The position numbers were made by a program, and so were the translations under genes. A DNA stretch of 62,381 nt, the filler included, from Sphacelaria rigidula (lineage: Eukaryota), in NCBI GenBank assembly GCA_964200075.2. It is 7 parts of 7 records of this genome, joined end to end, with 100 filler letters (N's around TTAATTAATTAA, not from the genome) between each part and the next. Parts side by side here need not be neighbours in the genome. Positions count along the whole stretch, not along the records: positions 1 to 8,828 come from CAXNAA020010007.1; positions 8,929 to 17,754 come from CAXNAA020010008.1; 5 more parts are not named here. One strand, given 5' to 3'. A model generated the notes under the pieces. It made no database searches, was not told the DNA's origin, and saw nothing but the letters and a program-made list of their open reading frames with translations. Below, one piece after another: positions 1 through 12,018 of the stretch; position 1 is the first letter of the stretch, and each line of letters opens with the position of its first letter.

Positions 1-1159
1 AGTGCCCCCCCCCCCCAACGAGTACCCCCCCCCCCCCCTCCCCCCCCGCCCAACGATATATATATATATATAGAAAATGGCGATAGGGAGTATTGTATCA
101 AGGGGAAGTGCCCCTCCCCCCCCCCCTCCCTACGATGCTATAGATTATGGCGACAGGAAGTACTGTATGGAGGGGGCATACCAACTGCACACCAATACTC
201 AGTCCCTCGATCGGCCAGGTACACCCGCTGTGTGAGGAGGGGAGAGGGGGGTGCCCCCCAGATACTAACCCTAACCCTAACCCTAAAATGGCGACGGTAA
301 GTGCAATACCGACCTTTGAAGGCCTTCCCCCGAAGGCCTTTCCCCCTCCTCGATTATCCGCCTTTTTTGAGACCGGGCTTTGTCCCTTTGAAGGACGCCT
401 GGTCGATGGTCTACAATCGTCACCCAGGCATGCGCGACAGTTGGGTACCTACTATTCTTCACCCCATAGGAAAAAGGGTTTTGCAGATACACACATGTCG
501 AAGCCTTGGTCTGTGAGATGGAAGACATTTGCACGTGCTTCATATCGGACGCGAACTGCAGTCTTACTGTTATGAGGAGTTTTGTTCTGTTTTTTCGCCC
601 CGTGCAGTGTTCTAGGTGATCTCGGTGTCTTGCTCAGTAGCTGGGGCTATAGGTCGGGACTCCCGTCAATCGGTGGGATTGTTAAAAGTGTGCTGGTCGC
701 TCCCTGTCTTGTGAACGCTGTCGTCTGTCATACGCGGGTTCTTTCGGGTCTGGATTGGCCAAAATCTTTCCACAAGTTTTTTTTTTTTTTTTCTTTCCTC
801 TTTTCAAGTTGTAGTGTCGCTTGGCACCAGTACGATTGAGGGCCTGGACGGTGATGTTGATCTTCACACAAAAATATAGCTATACACGAATAAAATCATG
901 TCGACAATAGTGGAGAGTCTGAATATGCGTATTTCCGACGAAAAAAATGTAGTGTTTGCGCAAAGAAACTATTTGTAACATCAGTGTGAAATACTAATTA
1001 AAAATGGGGTCTATTCCCCCCCCCCCGCTAACAAACCCACAAAGGACATGGTGATCCTGTGCCCATATTCGNNNNNNNNNNAAAGGGCAGGGGGGTGCAT
1101 GTTCAAAAAAAAAAAGACAAAAAAAAAAATAAAACCCCCCCCCCCCCCCCCCCCCCCAA

Positions 1160-1345
1160 CAAGGGCATTACCCTTTTGAGGGTTGGCGTCGGTTGGCAAC
1201 GACACGGTGAAACCTGCCACTTTCTGCGAAAGCTAGGCAACCAGATTCCCTGCTTTTTTTCTTGCTTTTTTTTCGCGGTAACCATGATGGTGGTCGAGAT
1301 CGATCATATTGTGCGGGGTGGAGAACCCTAATTCCGCGCAAGGGG
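1160..1345 (+). repeat. Dispersed short repeat family (other copies ~8712-8828 + and ~55625-55810 -)
   Basis: Shared core GGCGTCGGTTGGC..GCTAGGCAACC..TAACCATGATGG(T/C)GGTCGAG..GTGCGGGG..GAGAACC found in three places. Confidence 0.7.
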
Positions 1346-1733
1346 ATGATAGTAAAACGTAGTGTTTACATGGTGAGACACCCGTGAGGCAGTGCGTCAC
1401 CCGTGGCTGTCTCTGGATAGTGACGATACCAGAGACTGAAGCAACTGATTGTAAACTGCCATCTAAATGCAAGTAAACCAGTACGCTTCGGTTCAGTCGT
1501 AGTATGATGTAGCTTACCCTTCATGCGACTCGCCGAAGACATCACGGCGCTTCGCGCGTGGTGAATGATGGCGAGCCTGGTCCGTCGAAAACCCGGCGTG
1601 CTCCATCCCGGCTCTGTAGAGATGCGAGGTCAATGATCTCATGACTACGGCGTGCAAGATCATGAGTACCACCCCCCTCCGTCCCCTTGTCTTACTCTCG
1701 TCTCCACACAACCGTCTGCCGAACCACCCAAAG

Positions 1734-2036
1734 GATCCTTTACCGGCGGCGGATGACATGGCCCTGGTTGAGGCCTCTTGGGCCGACAAGGACCCGATCC
1801 CCAGTAGGCTCTCTCGGATTTTCGACAGGCAGGGTAGAGATTATTCCTTCAAGAACGCCGCGAGGAGCAACTCGTTCAACTATCACGGCATGGAGGACGG
1901 AGAGGGTGCCCTGCTCACGGGGGAGCTGCTCACGCGGCCTAAGAGCGGAGAAGGCGCATGGAAGCCAGCGCACTACGTCCTCGAGAAGGGGCGCTTGCTC
2001 GTGTTCGAGGACCGGCATCACATCCGGCCCAAGCAG
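1734..2036 (+). CDS. Exon: N-terminal half of first PH domain
   Basis: CCAAAG|GAT acceptor and CAG|GTATG donor; encodes DPLP...[41 protein letters not shown]. Confidence 0.88.
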
Positions 2037-5000
2037 GTATGCACGCTGGGGATACCAATGATGAACATCAGACACGCGAACGTTCTGTGGTGATACCTCT
2101 CGCATTCTGGATTCAAACGAAGTGTTACGATTGGCGAGCCACCATTATTGTGGGGCGTTTGTTTCACGGTTGGGTGCTGTAGGTAGAAGGAGTAGTTGCA
2201 TCCAACGCCCTGCGAAGCATGACCACGCTGTTGTTGTCGTTGTTGTTGGTAGTGGTAGTGGTGAAGGTGATGATTGTGGTCGCGGACTCTTTTGTCATGT
2301 CAGGCTTGTGACCTTTCGATAATATGACGGCGGTATTTTGGAAGGTTGGGTGTCGAGACAAGGCGCACCTCGTGTGCGATGGTGCTGAAACTTCGAGCAT
2401 ATGTTGGGTGATGCCACAGGTGGGTGTCGAAGCGACAGGTTCGGTGTCGCTAGGCGCTTAGGGCGCTGTGTGGGTTGATGTAGTGGTCATCAACAAGTAA
2501 CGGACTCTTATAGGTTATGTACGATCCGACGAGAATTCATGTGTCTCTGTGTGCCATACTCCAATGCATGTGTGCTATGTTATGAATTTTGTCATGATTC
2601 ATTGTCTCGCAATATAAATGCATCCATTGACGTACGAATCCAGCCGTGTGACGACGAGATACTACTGCACTACAGCACCCGAGGTAAATGAACAATTGAA
2701 AAATAATCGCTCACGGACAACTCGGGAAAAGCAGGATAAAGTTGACTAAACAAATGATCGGGTGTGCGATAAGAGCTTGATGGAGGTCTACGAATCTGCT
2801 GCTGCTGCTGGGCTGATTCAATGCTACCATCGTGGGGGTGTACTCATTAGCGTCGTGGGGTACCTCATTGTAATTGCACGGTACGGTCATAACGTACTGT
2901 AGGAGAGTAATGTATGTCCCATCACATGCGTCCCTTTTCTAAAAAACAACACAGAAAATCCACCACCGCCCCCCCGGCCACCCCCACCCGTGCCCCGTTC
3001 GCTCCCCCTCCCCNNNNNNNNNNATTGTGATATCCCTCCCCCGCCCACTCTTCTCCTGCTAAACACACAACCACCCCCCCCCCCCCCCCCCCCCCCTCGC
3101 GCTGTATGTGCCCTCTCTCCTGTCTTCCCGTTGCTGCTGAACGTACACCGAACCAACAATCCAACAAAAACTCGAAACACACACAGGTGCACAAGATATC
3201 CCCGAGCTGCTCGGTGTTCGAAACTAACCTAAGATCGTACTCTTTCGAGGTGGTTGTGGCGGGACGCGTTCTTCACCTGCAGGGGTCGAGCTTCGAAGAC
3301 AGCCTGCGGTGGATCGCCACCCTGAAGGCGGCCATCAACAACAGCCCTCCCGATGACTCCGATCCGTTGCTCACCGCGGCTCTCAAGCTGGAGGATACCT
3401 TCTATTACGTGAGCGATACTTGTGTGTGTATGTAGTGAAGATGCGAGACAAAATATGCACCGAACGAACAATACATCTTTGTGGTCTTATATGATCACGG
3501 TACAAATAAGATCGGTCTACAATATATATCCTTGCACTGTGACCACGGGTTCGAGAGATGGAGCTAATGTGAGGGAAATAATAATTATCGTAATGATGGC
3601 GACGATAACAATGACAACAGGAATAGTAGTGAATGGTCCGTGCTTGCTGTACAGTAGCTGTGCTAGCCAGCTAGCTGGAATAAGACTACCCGTAGCCAGT
3701 TGAGTGACTGTACATGATTTTTCCATGTGAACTCTCTAATTATTCTGTAGCAGTGTTTCATTTAGTGAACCAAGCTATTTTCAGAGCACTTCTTGTTTTA
3801 GGCACTAGCTCGGTTATTCATGCTATTGGTGACAAGCAAGTTTTTTTTATGAAAATGGGACGTCTGCTTTGTATGAGATCAAGCTCTGGGTGCAGTACAC
3901 AACACCGCGTAGTTGAGCTCTACAGTGCGATGTTTGGAATATTTTGAGAATGAAGTAGGGATACCGTACCCACACGGAGAATACCCACTCACGCACTCTC
4001 AATCCTGATTGAAATCGCTTCGCAGACCCGTTCATCTCTACACCTGGAATTCATACAATCCATACGCATACAAATGAGGGTCCTGACCTGGGAACCTCTC
4101 ACTTGACCATGCGTCACCGCACGCGTGTTTTCTGCCGCCATTTTTTTGCGATCTTGTTCCCTGCAGGCGGACTTCGAGACAAAGCAGCCACTGGGGGTAG
4201 TGCTGGAACGGTCCAAGGAGTGGGCCGTTGTCAAGCTGGCCAACCCGCAGCTCAGCGAAGTCACGGTTGGCTCTGCCCTGGCTTCCGTCAACGGTAGGTG
4301 TTGCTCATTTGTCTGTAGTCTGTTGGGGCCATGAACCGTGATGCAGTGTGCCGGATGTTGTTATCGTCGTGATGCAAAATTTGCTGATCTCGTCTTCTGA
4401 CGTGATCTTGTGTTGTTGTGTGGTGATTCGTGCATTAAGCATACCGTTGTTGATTCTCACCACACCCTGGACAAAAGATTCGATTGTCAAAAATATATGC
4501 TGCTCACAGTATGGAATATATTGTCTGCTGCAACAGGCGCAATAGTCAATACTGTACACTGTACATTTTTTTACAGTGTATTCTTTTGTCCAGGGTGTGA
4601 TTCTTACCGTCACTATCCACGTTCGCTATTTTTATCATGATATGGATAGTCATTCCATCGTGACCGGTAGCCTGATGGGTGCACATGTTGTCACTGTTGA
4701 TGTGATCCAACTTCCTGTATTGTGAACTTTCCTGACAAATTATTTTTCAGTAATGGATCCTGCCTGACGCAGTTGTCATCATCTAAATTTGAATATTTCA
4801 TCGATTACCTTCCCCATATCTTTATAGTCGTGAGTAAATACAAAATTCATTATTTCTAACAACTTTTGATTTTTTTTAAAGTAATTTTCAAGAATATATA
4901 TATTTATTCATGTTAAGAAATATATAAATGATTAATCCTTCTTGGCGCAGTTGTCATTATCCAAGTTAATATATTTCCATCCATTACCTTCCACCTCTTT

Positions 5001-8000
5001 CTCTGTAGTCGTAGATTCTCCCTGGCGCATTTGGCACTGTCCAACTTTCGAATGTTCGTCATCATTCGCCTCCAACTTGTGTTTTCATAGCTATGTATTC
5101 TCCCTGACCCAGTTGAAATGATCATGATCTACGGTGCATTTATTATTTGTGCTTCGATTCTCCCTTTCCTTTTCTTGTGGATCCTCCGTGGTGCAGTCGT
5201 CATGAACCAACTCATTCTGTTTTCATGTTTGTCTTCATCGTTTCAAATCATTGCTGTGTATCCTGTATGCCCCCCGCAGAATCTCCTTGAAGGATAAGGT
5301 AGCTACGTGAACGAAAGTCATAGATGGCACGAATCGAGCTGTAGTAGGGTCCAAGATCTTGGCTCGCGGGGGAGGATGTACATGCGGCCACAATATCTTA
5401 TTCGACTTGTGTTTGGCTGGATCCGTGGGGGACCATTGGAGTGCGACAATAGATCAAATGCGAAACCTGAAGGTTCTCCGCTGGACCCTCTCGACCCTCT
5501 CCACCTCGTGCGCACGCCTTAATGATATCGTGGATGTCACACTTGGTTCAGGCGAGTCGGTGGTGCTCCGATCTTATGAGGAGACGATCGGTATGCTCAC
5601 GGGATGGAAGCCGCCGCTCAATCTTATATTTCGCCGCGCCCCAGTGAAGGTTGGCTGGATGAAGAAGCATTACCTTACTGCCAAGAAGGTGCTGTTCCTG
5701 TCCATTTTCTGCCCTGTTCATGTGTCTGTTCCGATACGAGGGATAGGTTTTCATGTGTGTTTCGTATCGCATCGTATGGTATCGTATCATATCGTATCGT
5801 ATCGTATCGTACCGGTTATTGGTACCGATATCGCCATTTTACCGTTACAGGCTTTGAAAGATGGTTGCGATGTCGTATCTTATTGTAGCGGTGGTTGGCG
5901 CCGCTATCGTCATTTTGCCACTACCGCTGGTGATGTACACTTTGATTTCGTATCGTGTCGTTTGTTGGCACCGACGTCGTAGTTTCGCCGTTACCAGCCA
6001 TCACGTACGAGTTATAGTGCATTGTCAAGTACGTGACGGCCCAAAGATGATCGGACTTGCGACTTCGCTGGCGCCCTAAAACATCGATATTGTCGCGACA
6101 TATCGGCGAAAACGCCAACCTGTCGCAAAAATATCGGGAAATCTCACCACCCCGATGTCCATCTCTAGTTTCTGCCCATGTTTGGGGGGTCACATGTTGG
6201 ATTCATGAATATGGTGTCGTTAATCAACCATGTATAGCTGGGGCAACCTTTATTCTAGCTGTTTCGTTACTAACATGATTACGGTGATGATGGTGATGGT
6301 GATGATGATGATGATGATGTACTCGTAGCGACCCGTTGTGTGTGCCTTGTTCTAGACGTTTCGATGTGGCACTTGAGCAAACCATTTGTTGCCACGTGTA
6401 GTAATAGATTTTCTGTTTTCCATAATGGCATCGCTGGTTTCCTGATGTGCTTCTTTGTATTTCTGCGCCTCTATCTCACTGAATGATTGACTTGATTTGG
6501 TTGAATGTCGCACATTGACTCACCCCCCCAGGGACTCAGCCGTGGTATGCTATGGTATGCTCACATGGTCACAAGGTAATCGATCCAAAAGATAAACGGA
6601 AACGCTCGCTTAACAACAAGATTGAAATGTTGTATACTGTACACGGAAAAAAAACAAACGAGAAGATTAAACTAAAAAAACAAGGACAAAAACAGAGACA
6701 AGAACAAACGCCAAATGACCGTCCTAAGCTCGTGACGCAAAGTTCCACTAGAACAGCTGCAAATGCAAGTTGATGCGTTGGTACTGTTGTTATACCTGTC
6801 TTGTATTATGATACTGTCATCATCACACCCAGTTATTCCTCGATTTTCTCGACGACGCGATTTGACTTGTGCTGTTAGCTCATGGGCGTGACTTAATCTC
6901 CGTCTTCGTGTGGGGTAAACGTAGTCGGTGATTTTTTATTTATTTTTTATTTTTCCCTCATGTTTGCCTCTTTGCCTTCCTATCTCGACTGACTGCTGCC
7001 CTTAACTGCGCTCGCGTGATCCATGGGTTGGTTGACTGACGTGTCTGTTCACAGACGCCGCGATGGAAGAACGTGTGGGTGGACCTCCGCGAGGGTAAGC
7101 TGAGCTGGTACAAGGATGGACAGGGCGGGCTGCTGGTGGGAGTCATGCCCATGGTTGGGTCGGCAGTAGCACTGCTTCCGTCCTCTCAGGTGTGTATGTG
7201 TGTGTGCGTGCAAACGATTATGTTGATTCTGCTGCTGCTGTTGTTCTGTTTCCGTCCTTTCTCATCCTTGTCGTTTTGACGGTAAGCAGTGGTTGATGTA
7301 TGGCTTCTTGTTTTGTGTTGGCGCCCTCCTGTTATATCTCCCCGCTGCAACGACGGCGGCTGTCAACGTGAATGTCGTCGTATGCTGTACTAACTGCAAT
7401 CTATTCGGCTACGCGATGTTGTTTTTTCGCAAGACTCTTCGTGTTTTTTTTTCTTTCTTGAAGACAGTGAATGTGAGCTCCATCTTGCAGCAACACGGAA
7501 CAAAAAAGTGGGTATTTTTTGCCTGCCAACTTTAGAAACGTGTGATGCAGCCTGACTGCTCTCGATTTCGCCGGGAATGAATGCGGTACGATGTTTCCTA
7601 ATTCGATCCTTCGCCGAGTGACAACAGTGAGATGAGCATCTCCACATAAGCATGCCGAGGGGAGGATCTCGAGACTCGAAACAGAATGTGCCACTGTGGC
7701 TTCAACAAAGATGAACTTGTTTATTTGACTCCTTTTACTCCGACCGAACGTGAATCGCCTTCGAAGTAGTGTCACCATGTTGTCATTCATATATCACTGT
7801 GATATGATTTTGGTCATTTTCCGGATGTCGGATTTTGGCCATTCTCCAAATTACGGATTTTGGTCGCTTTCCAGAGATCGGATTTTGGTCCCCAGGTATT
7901 ACCGCAATTTTTGCTTCAAATGTTATCCGAAATCTCATGCTCTTTCGATGAAGTAAAACAAGTGCTACAGTACTGCACCCTCTCCTCCTTTACCGCCCTC

Positions 8001-8188
8001 CACCTGCTTGCACGACAATTCGCCCTGACCATGTGTTGTCGTCCTGTTCTGTGCCGGTGACGTCACGTTGCTCTTTCCAGATCGGCGGCACAGAGCACTG
8101 TCTCTCCGTGGTAGCGGGGGTGACCTCGGTCATTTTCCAAGGACTTACACATGAGGATGTTCTCAGTTGGGCGACCCATCTTTACCAG
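1734..8188 (+). CDS. Partial multi-exon gene: PH-PDZ-PH domain protein (6 exons visible; 5' and 3' ends off-scaffold)
   Basis: Exons 1734-2036, 3187-3408, 4167-4293, 5552-5688, 7055-7189 and 8081-8188 all have AG/GT boundaries and compatible phases (0,0,1,0,0). The spliced product reads [18 protein letters not shown]...WIATLKAAI (PH), [38 protein letters not shown] (PDZ), and [24 protein letters not shown]...WATHLYQ (PH). Confidence 0.9.
3187..3408 (+). CDS. Exon: C-terminal half of first PH domain
   Basis: ACACAG|GTG acceptor and TAC|GTGAG donor; encodes [50 protein letters not shown], with the PH C-terminal helix Trp. Confidence 0.9.
3692..3870 (+). pseudogene. nad5: Intronic NUMT: degenerate fragment of mitochondrial NADH dehydrogenase subunit 5
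   Basis: [52 protein letters not shown] matches the Nad5 motif SQLGYM..CGLSNYSV.VFHL.NHAFFKALLFL.AGSVIHA..DEQD.RKMGGL. The segment is AT-rich relative to the host exons. Confidence 0.85.
4167..4293 (+). CDS. Exon: PDZ-like domain, part 1
   Basis: CTGCAG|GCG acceptor and ACG|GTAGG donor; encodes [42 protein letters not shown]. Confidence 0.88.
5552..5688 (+). CDS. Exon: PDZ end and start of second PH domain
   Basis: TTCAG|GC phase-1 acceptor and AAG|GTGCT donor; encodes [46 protein letters not shown]. Confidence 0.88.
6480..6570. repeat. Retroposon-like end with (TGAT)n tail; second copy ~19962-20035
   Basis: TGATTGA..TCGCAC..CCCCCCAGGG..TCAGCCGTGGT is shared by both intronic copies. Confidence 0.55.
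7055..7189 (+). CDS. Exon: second PH domain, middle
   Basis: TCACAG|ACG acceptor and CAG|GTGTG donor; encodes [45 protein letters not shown]. Confidence 0.88.
8081..8188 (+). CDS. Exon: second PH domain, C-terminal part
   Basis: TTTCCAG|ATC acceptor and CAG|GTGCA donor; encodes [36 protein letters not shown]. Confidence 0.85.
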
Positions 8189-8329
8189 GTGCATGTCGTA
8201 GTGGGTTTGAGGATTCGCTTCTGAATTGCTTTTGGAATTTCGGGGAGTGGGGTGTGGGTACTGAGGTTTCGGGTCCTCGGCAGATCGTCATAATTTCCCG
8301 CGCTCTTACTGGTTGGTGTCCACGTTGTT

Positions 8330-8696
8330 AATAGTTTCCCCCAGTCGTCGAAAGGGCGAGGAAGTCGATGGACAGAAATGCCCCTGTGGCAAAGGAATAG
8401 AGAGCAGAAGTCATATGATGGCAGAAAGTGAACTATACAAGGAGGAACGAAACGTGCTAGAGGAGGAAATGCCGGTCGTGAACGAAGATGGCATGAAGTC
8501 GTTTGATGCATTAGACAGTAGCGAGAAAACGATGGCTATACTAGGAGATATATGGTGGCCAGAGACGGTGAAACAGGACGGGGATAAGATATGTAAAAGG
8601 TTTTGTGTAATGTGTAATGTGTGTAAGAAACGTAATGAGCGCCGAAATGTTGAAGGTGTTTCTCATGGGATGCGTGGTCAATGGTCAAACGACTAA
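8330..8696 (+). mobile_element. LINE 3' fragment (ORF2 C-terminal CCHC zinc finger and 3' UTR)
   Basis: KCPCGKGIESRSHMMAE(S)ELYKEER resembles the CxC..E(S/T)xxH.C knuckle. The downstream GGGATGCGTGGTCAATGGTCA end recurs at ~17870-18025, 26640-26680, 44330-44380, 44495-44531 and 55358-55395. Confidence 0.7.
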
Positions 8697-8828
8697 GGGA
8701 AGTAACATATAAGTCGGTTGGCGATGACGCTGTAAAACACGACACTCACTGCGTAAGCTAGGCAACCCGGTTACCGTTTTTTTTTGCGCGCGCTTGCGTT
8801 TTTTTCTCGGTAACCATGATGGCGGTCG

Positions 8829-8928
8829 NNNNNNNNNNNNNNNNNNNNNNNNNNNNNNNNNNNNNNNNNNNNTTAATTAATTAANNNNNNNNNNNNNNNN
8901 NNNNNNNNNNNNNNNNNNNNNNNNNNNN
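8829..8928. other. Artificial scaffold linker (N44-TTAATTAATTAA-N44)
   Basis: 100-bp spacer with stop codons in all six frames. Confidence 0.98.
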
Positions 8929-9272
8929 ATCATGAGTACACCCCCCCCCCCAAAACAAAAACAAAAAACAGAAGCTCAGTCCGTGTCGGTCGACCCGCCC
9001 GCGCACCGAATTCTAGGCCTGCCTCGGATGTAAGAAGTTTTCCGTAGCGTATGAACAATGTCCACCCATATTTTGTCGTTTGGGTATCTCTTGCATGGAA
9101 GAAGAAAGGAGATAAACTGTCATCCCGCCGTACTGCAACATGCTGAAGCGTTTCCGCTCGTTTTTCCCCGGCGTGTGCGGCAACCACGATTGGCAGTAGG
9201 GAGCGACACCGGGAGCGCAGCGTCGGCGACACCATCTCCTTCAGCATAGATAGCATGTACAGACATACTCAC

Positions 9273-9357
9273 CCGTCGCCAAGCAAGACCAAGATGGAAC
9301 ACGACTGCAGGTGCCCTTCGAACCGAGGCCGTCCGCCCCGACAACCATATCGAATGC
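9273..9357 (-). pseudogene. Collapsed fragment resembling an FAD-dependent monooxygenase
   Basis: FDMVVGADGLGSK (DG motif, 9354-9316) and, in another frame, ILVLLGD (GD motif), followed by a GTGAGT donor at 9272. Confidence 0.4.
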
Positions 9358-11309
9358 TTGCGCCCGGAGAGGTGCAGAACACAAGTGGTATGGTTGACGC
9401 TAAAAAACTGCAGAGGATCTGTATCGGTAGGTGTACTCAAAACATGCATCTGAGGTAAGGCATTATGTTATATTAAGTAAGCATGCAGTTACAATGGCTT
9501 GCATATACGCTCTAATCACTCCAAAGTCGTTGATTCTCTTTACCATAGTGTGCACGACGTCTAGCGGTGGTGGCACGAAATGTACCATCAAAATTTCGTC
9601 CCTGTTTTCTCTACTGAGAAGATGACCGTCGTTGCCATCGATATACATCTGTGCTACCTTATATTGGTGTGCGCGTCAAAACGTCAAAAGGTGCAACGAA
9701 GTTTCTCGCGCAGGACTCACAGTTGTGGGCTTCATCTGAGTATTTGACCCGCTCAGGACGCTCTCTCGCATTTATTCAAACACAAGCGTACGCGTATTGA
9801 GGGGAATTCATGATATCTCATACGCCGTGTAAGGCAGAGACGGGGTTCAGGGCGAAGGAGCAGTGCTCCCAGGGCCTATTTGCAAAGCGGCGCCTACCTT
9901 TTGAGCACATCAACGGTTCTTTAGTACCCATACAAACACAACGTGCTTGGTGTCCGTAGGTGCAGCATCTCAAACATTGACCAATGTTTGTGTATCAATA
10001 GCCAGACCCTACCTGATAACAGAAACAGTAACAGAAACAGTAACTACCGCGTGTGCGCGTGAACTCCATAGCGAAGGATTGGTTTACCGAAGTAGGAGTC
10101 TCAAAAGTAAATTTGCATGCCACCTTCCTCTCGAGTGAGATTATACCCACAACTCTCCTATGGAACACGCAGCAGAACCCTCTCTCCACATTCACACTCC
10201 ACTTTACCACTACTACTACTACTGCTGCTACTTGTGGGAAACGTTTACTCCTTCCGACGCAATAGGTCGTGGTAACTCCACAGCTTCGCTTCGCTAATCC
10301 GCATTCCACCCGTGGAGGTGCAGTAGCTGCCGCGACGGTGGATCCGAGGAATGCGCCCGATGTCGCGAAGGCATCCTACCGCCACCCGCAGAGTCAGCGT
10401 GACCTGTGTCCGACGACGACCCTAATACGGACTGACAGCTAGACATGGACAGCGTAGCTGAGCGTATGAGAAATTGCCTGCCGTACGGCTGGGCGGCTTT
10501 CATCCTTGCCGACCATAACACGAAGTACGGGCGCCACATTGAGCCCGTTCTCGTCGCACGCAAGGCACCGCCCGCATGGGATGAAAGATTGTAGGACATG
10601 TGTGGATGTCAGCAAGTCCTTCTGTTGACATCCACTTGCCCCGCATAACCATAGGAGGCGCACTGGATGAGTGCTCATCATCACTCCAGTTGGATTTTGA
10701 TGAAAGTCGGGCATGGTTGAGGAAATGACGGTTGCCAGCCGATGAGAAGAAGTGTCGCCGCCGCCGACAACCAGTTATCCACGTATATCTCTCCTTGTTG
10801 AATTGTCTTCCGCTAGGGTGTACACTTGTAGTATAGCCCCGCGATTGAAATGATGTAGCATTAACCACTTGCGCCTATCAGTGGAATCTATTCCCGACAG
10901 TAATGATGGCGGTTTCACTGCCGACCAGTCCACTATTGAGCGCGCGGACAAGTTAAAAATGGTTCGTAACACATGATCGGAAGGTGATGCCGGGAAACGT
11001 ACCCACCTCGGTTCGTGAGTGTGCACTGATACGACTTCGGCCACCCGTCATCCTTGTAGGTGGGTAACGGAGATGTCAATCCTTGTGAACACGTGTGTGA
11101 TGTTGATAACTAGAGTTTGATAGCGAAATATTTTGCTAGCAAGGATGGTTCGAAGTGTTCTTCTTCGCGCAAGAAGATGCCCACAACACCCGCCCCCTGT
11201 GAAAAGATGATTCTATAGTGAGGTATTTGGGCGTGATGTTGCATACAGCATCCATTGACCCCCTTTTCGTGGAAGCAACCCCCCCCCCCCCCCTATCGTA
11301 GCAGCCGTC

Positions 11310-12018
11310 TACCCACGTGAAGGCATATGCGGTCGACCTCGCCAAAGAAGACGTGGTTGTGCTCCTCACCACATCGGCGGCAACAAGGCAGCACTGTATG
11401 ACGTCTCGTACGGGGAAAGTACTACCGACAGTATTGAATCCCTGAAGGAGATGAAGGGTGTAATCCGACACCTTCATAACCTCGTCAGCGAAGACCACAT
11501 TGCTGACTTCAAGCGTGATGGAGAACAGGCACTTGAACGCCGGCAGGAAACAGCCGCGACATGTTTCCGATCACTAACGAAGAGCCTAAATCCGAAAGAC
11601 TCGAAGAGCCTAACGCCGATAAAAATTCAGGCAATGAGAAGTACGCTTGGATCTGAGGCCCTCATTTGGTCTCAGACCCAAGCGTACTTTTCATTGCCTC
11701 TTTGTTTATGGGCGTTAGGCTCTTCGGGTCTTTCGGATTTAGGCTCTTCGTTAGTGATCGGAAACATGTCGCGTTTGTTTCCTGCCGGCGTTCAAGTGCC
11801 TGTTCTCCATCACGCTTGAAGTCAGCAATGTGGTCTTCGCTGACGAGGTTATGAAGGTGTCGGATTACACCCTTCATCTCCTTCAGGGACTCAATACTGT
11901 CGTTAATACACTCCCCGTACGAGACGCCATGCAGTGCTGCCTTGTCGGCCCCGATGTGGCGAGGAGCACAACCACGTCTTCTTTGGCGAAGTCGACCGCA
12001 TACGCCTTCACGTGGGTA
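11310..12018. repeat. Long inverted repeat (foldback): arms ~11310-11660 and ~11668-12018, 7-nt spacer
   Basis: Both strands encode the same peptide MKGVIRHLHNLVSEDHIADFKRDGEQALERRQET. The arms are reverse complements, with a 114-bp perfect core (11439-11552). Confidence 0.95.

Noticed and set aside
263-288. (CCCTAA)n as a chromosome telomere
   Set aside because: Only about 4 units, internal to a dispersed repeat; similar short tracts occur at ~23865, ~43350 and inside the TG..CA elements.
8873-8884. TTAATTAATTAA as a biological motif (piggyBac TTAA site or PacI cluster)
   Set aside because: Always centred in 100-bp N runs; an assembly linker.
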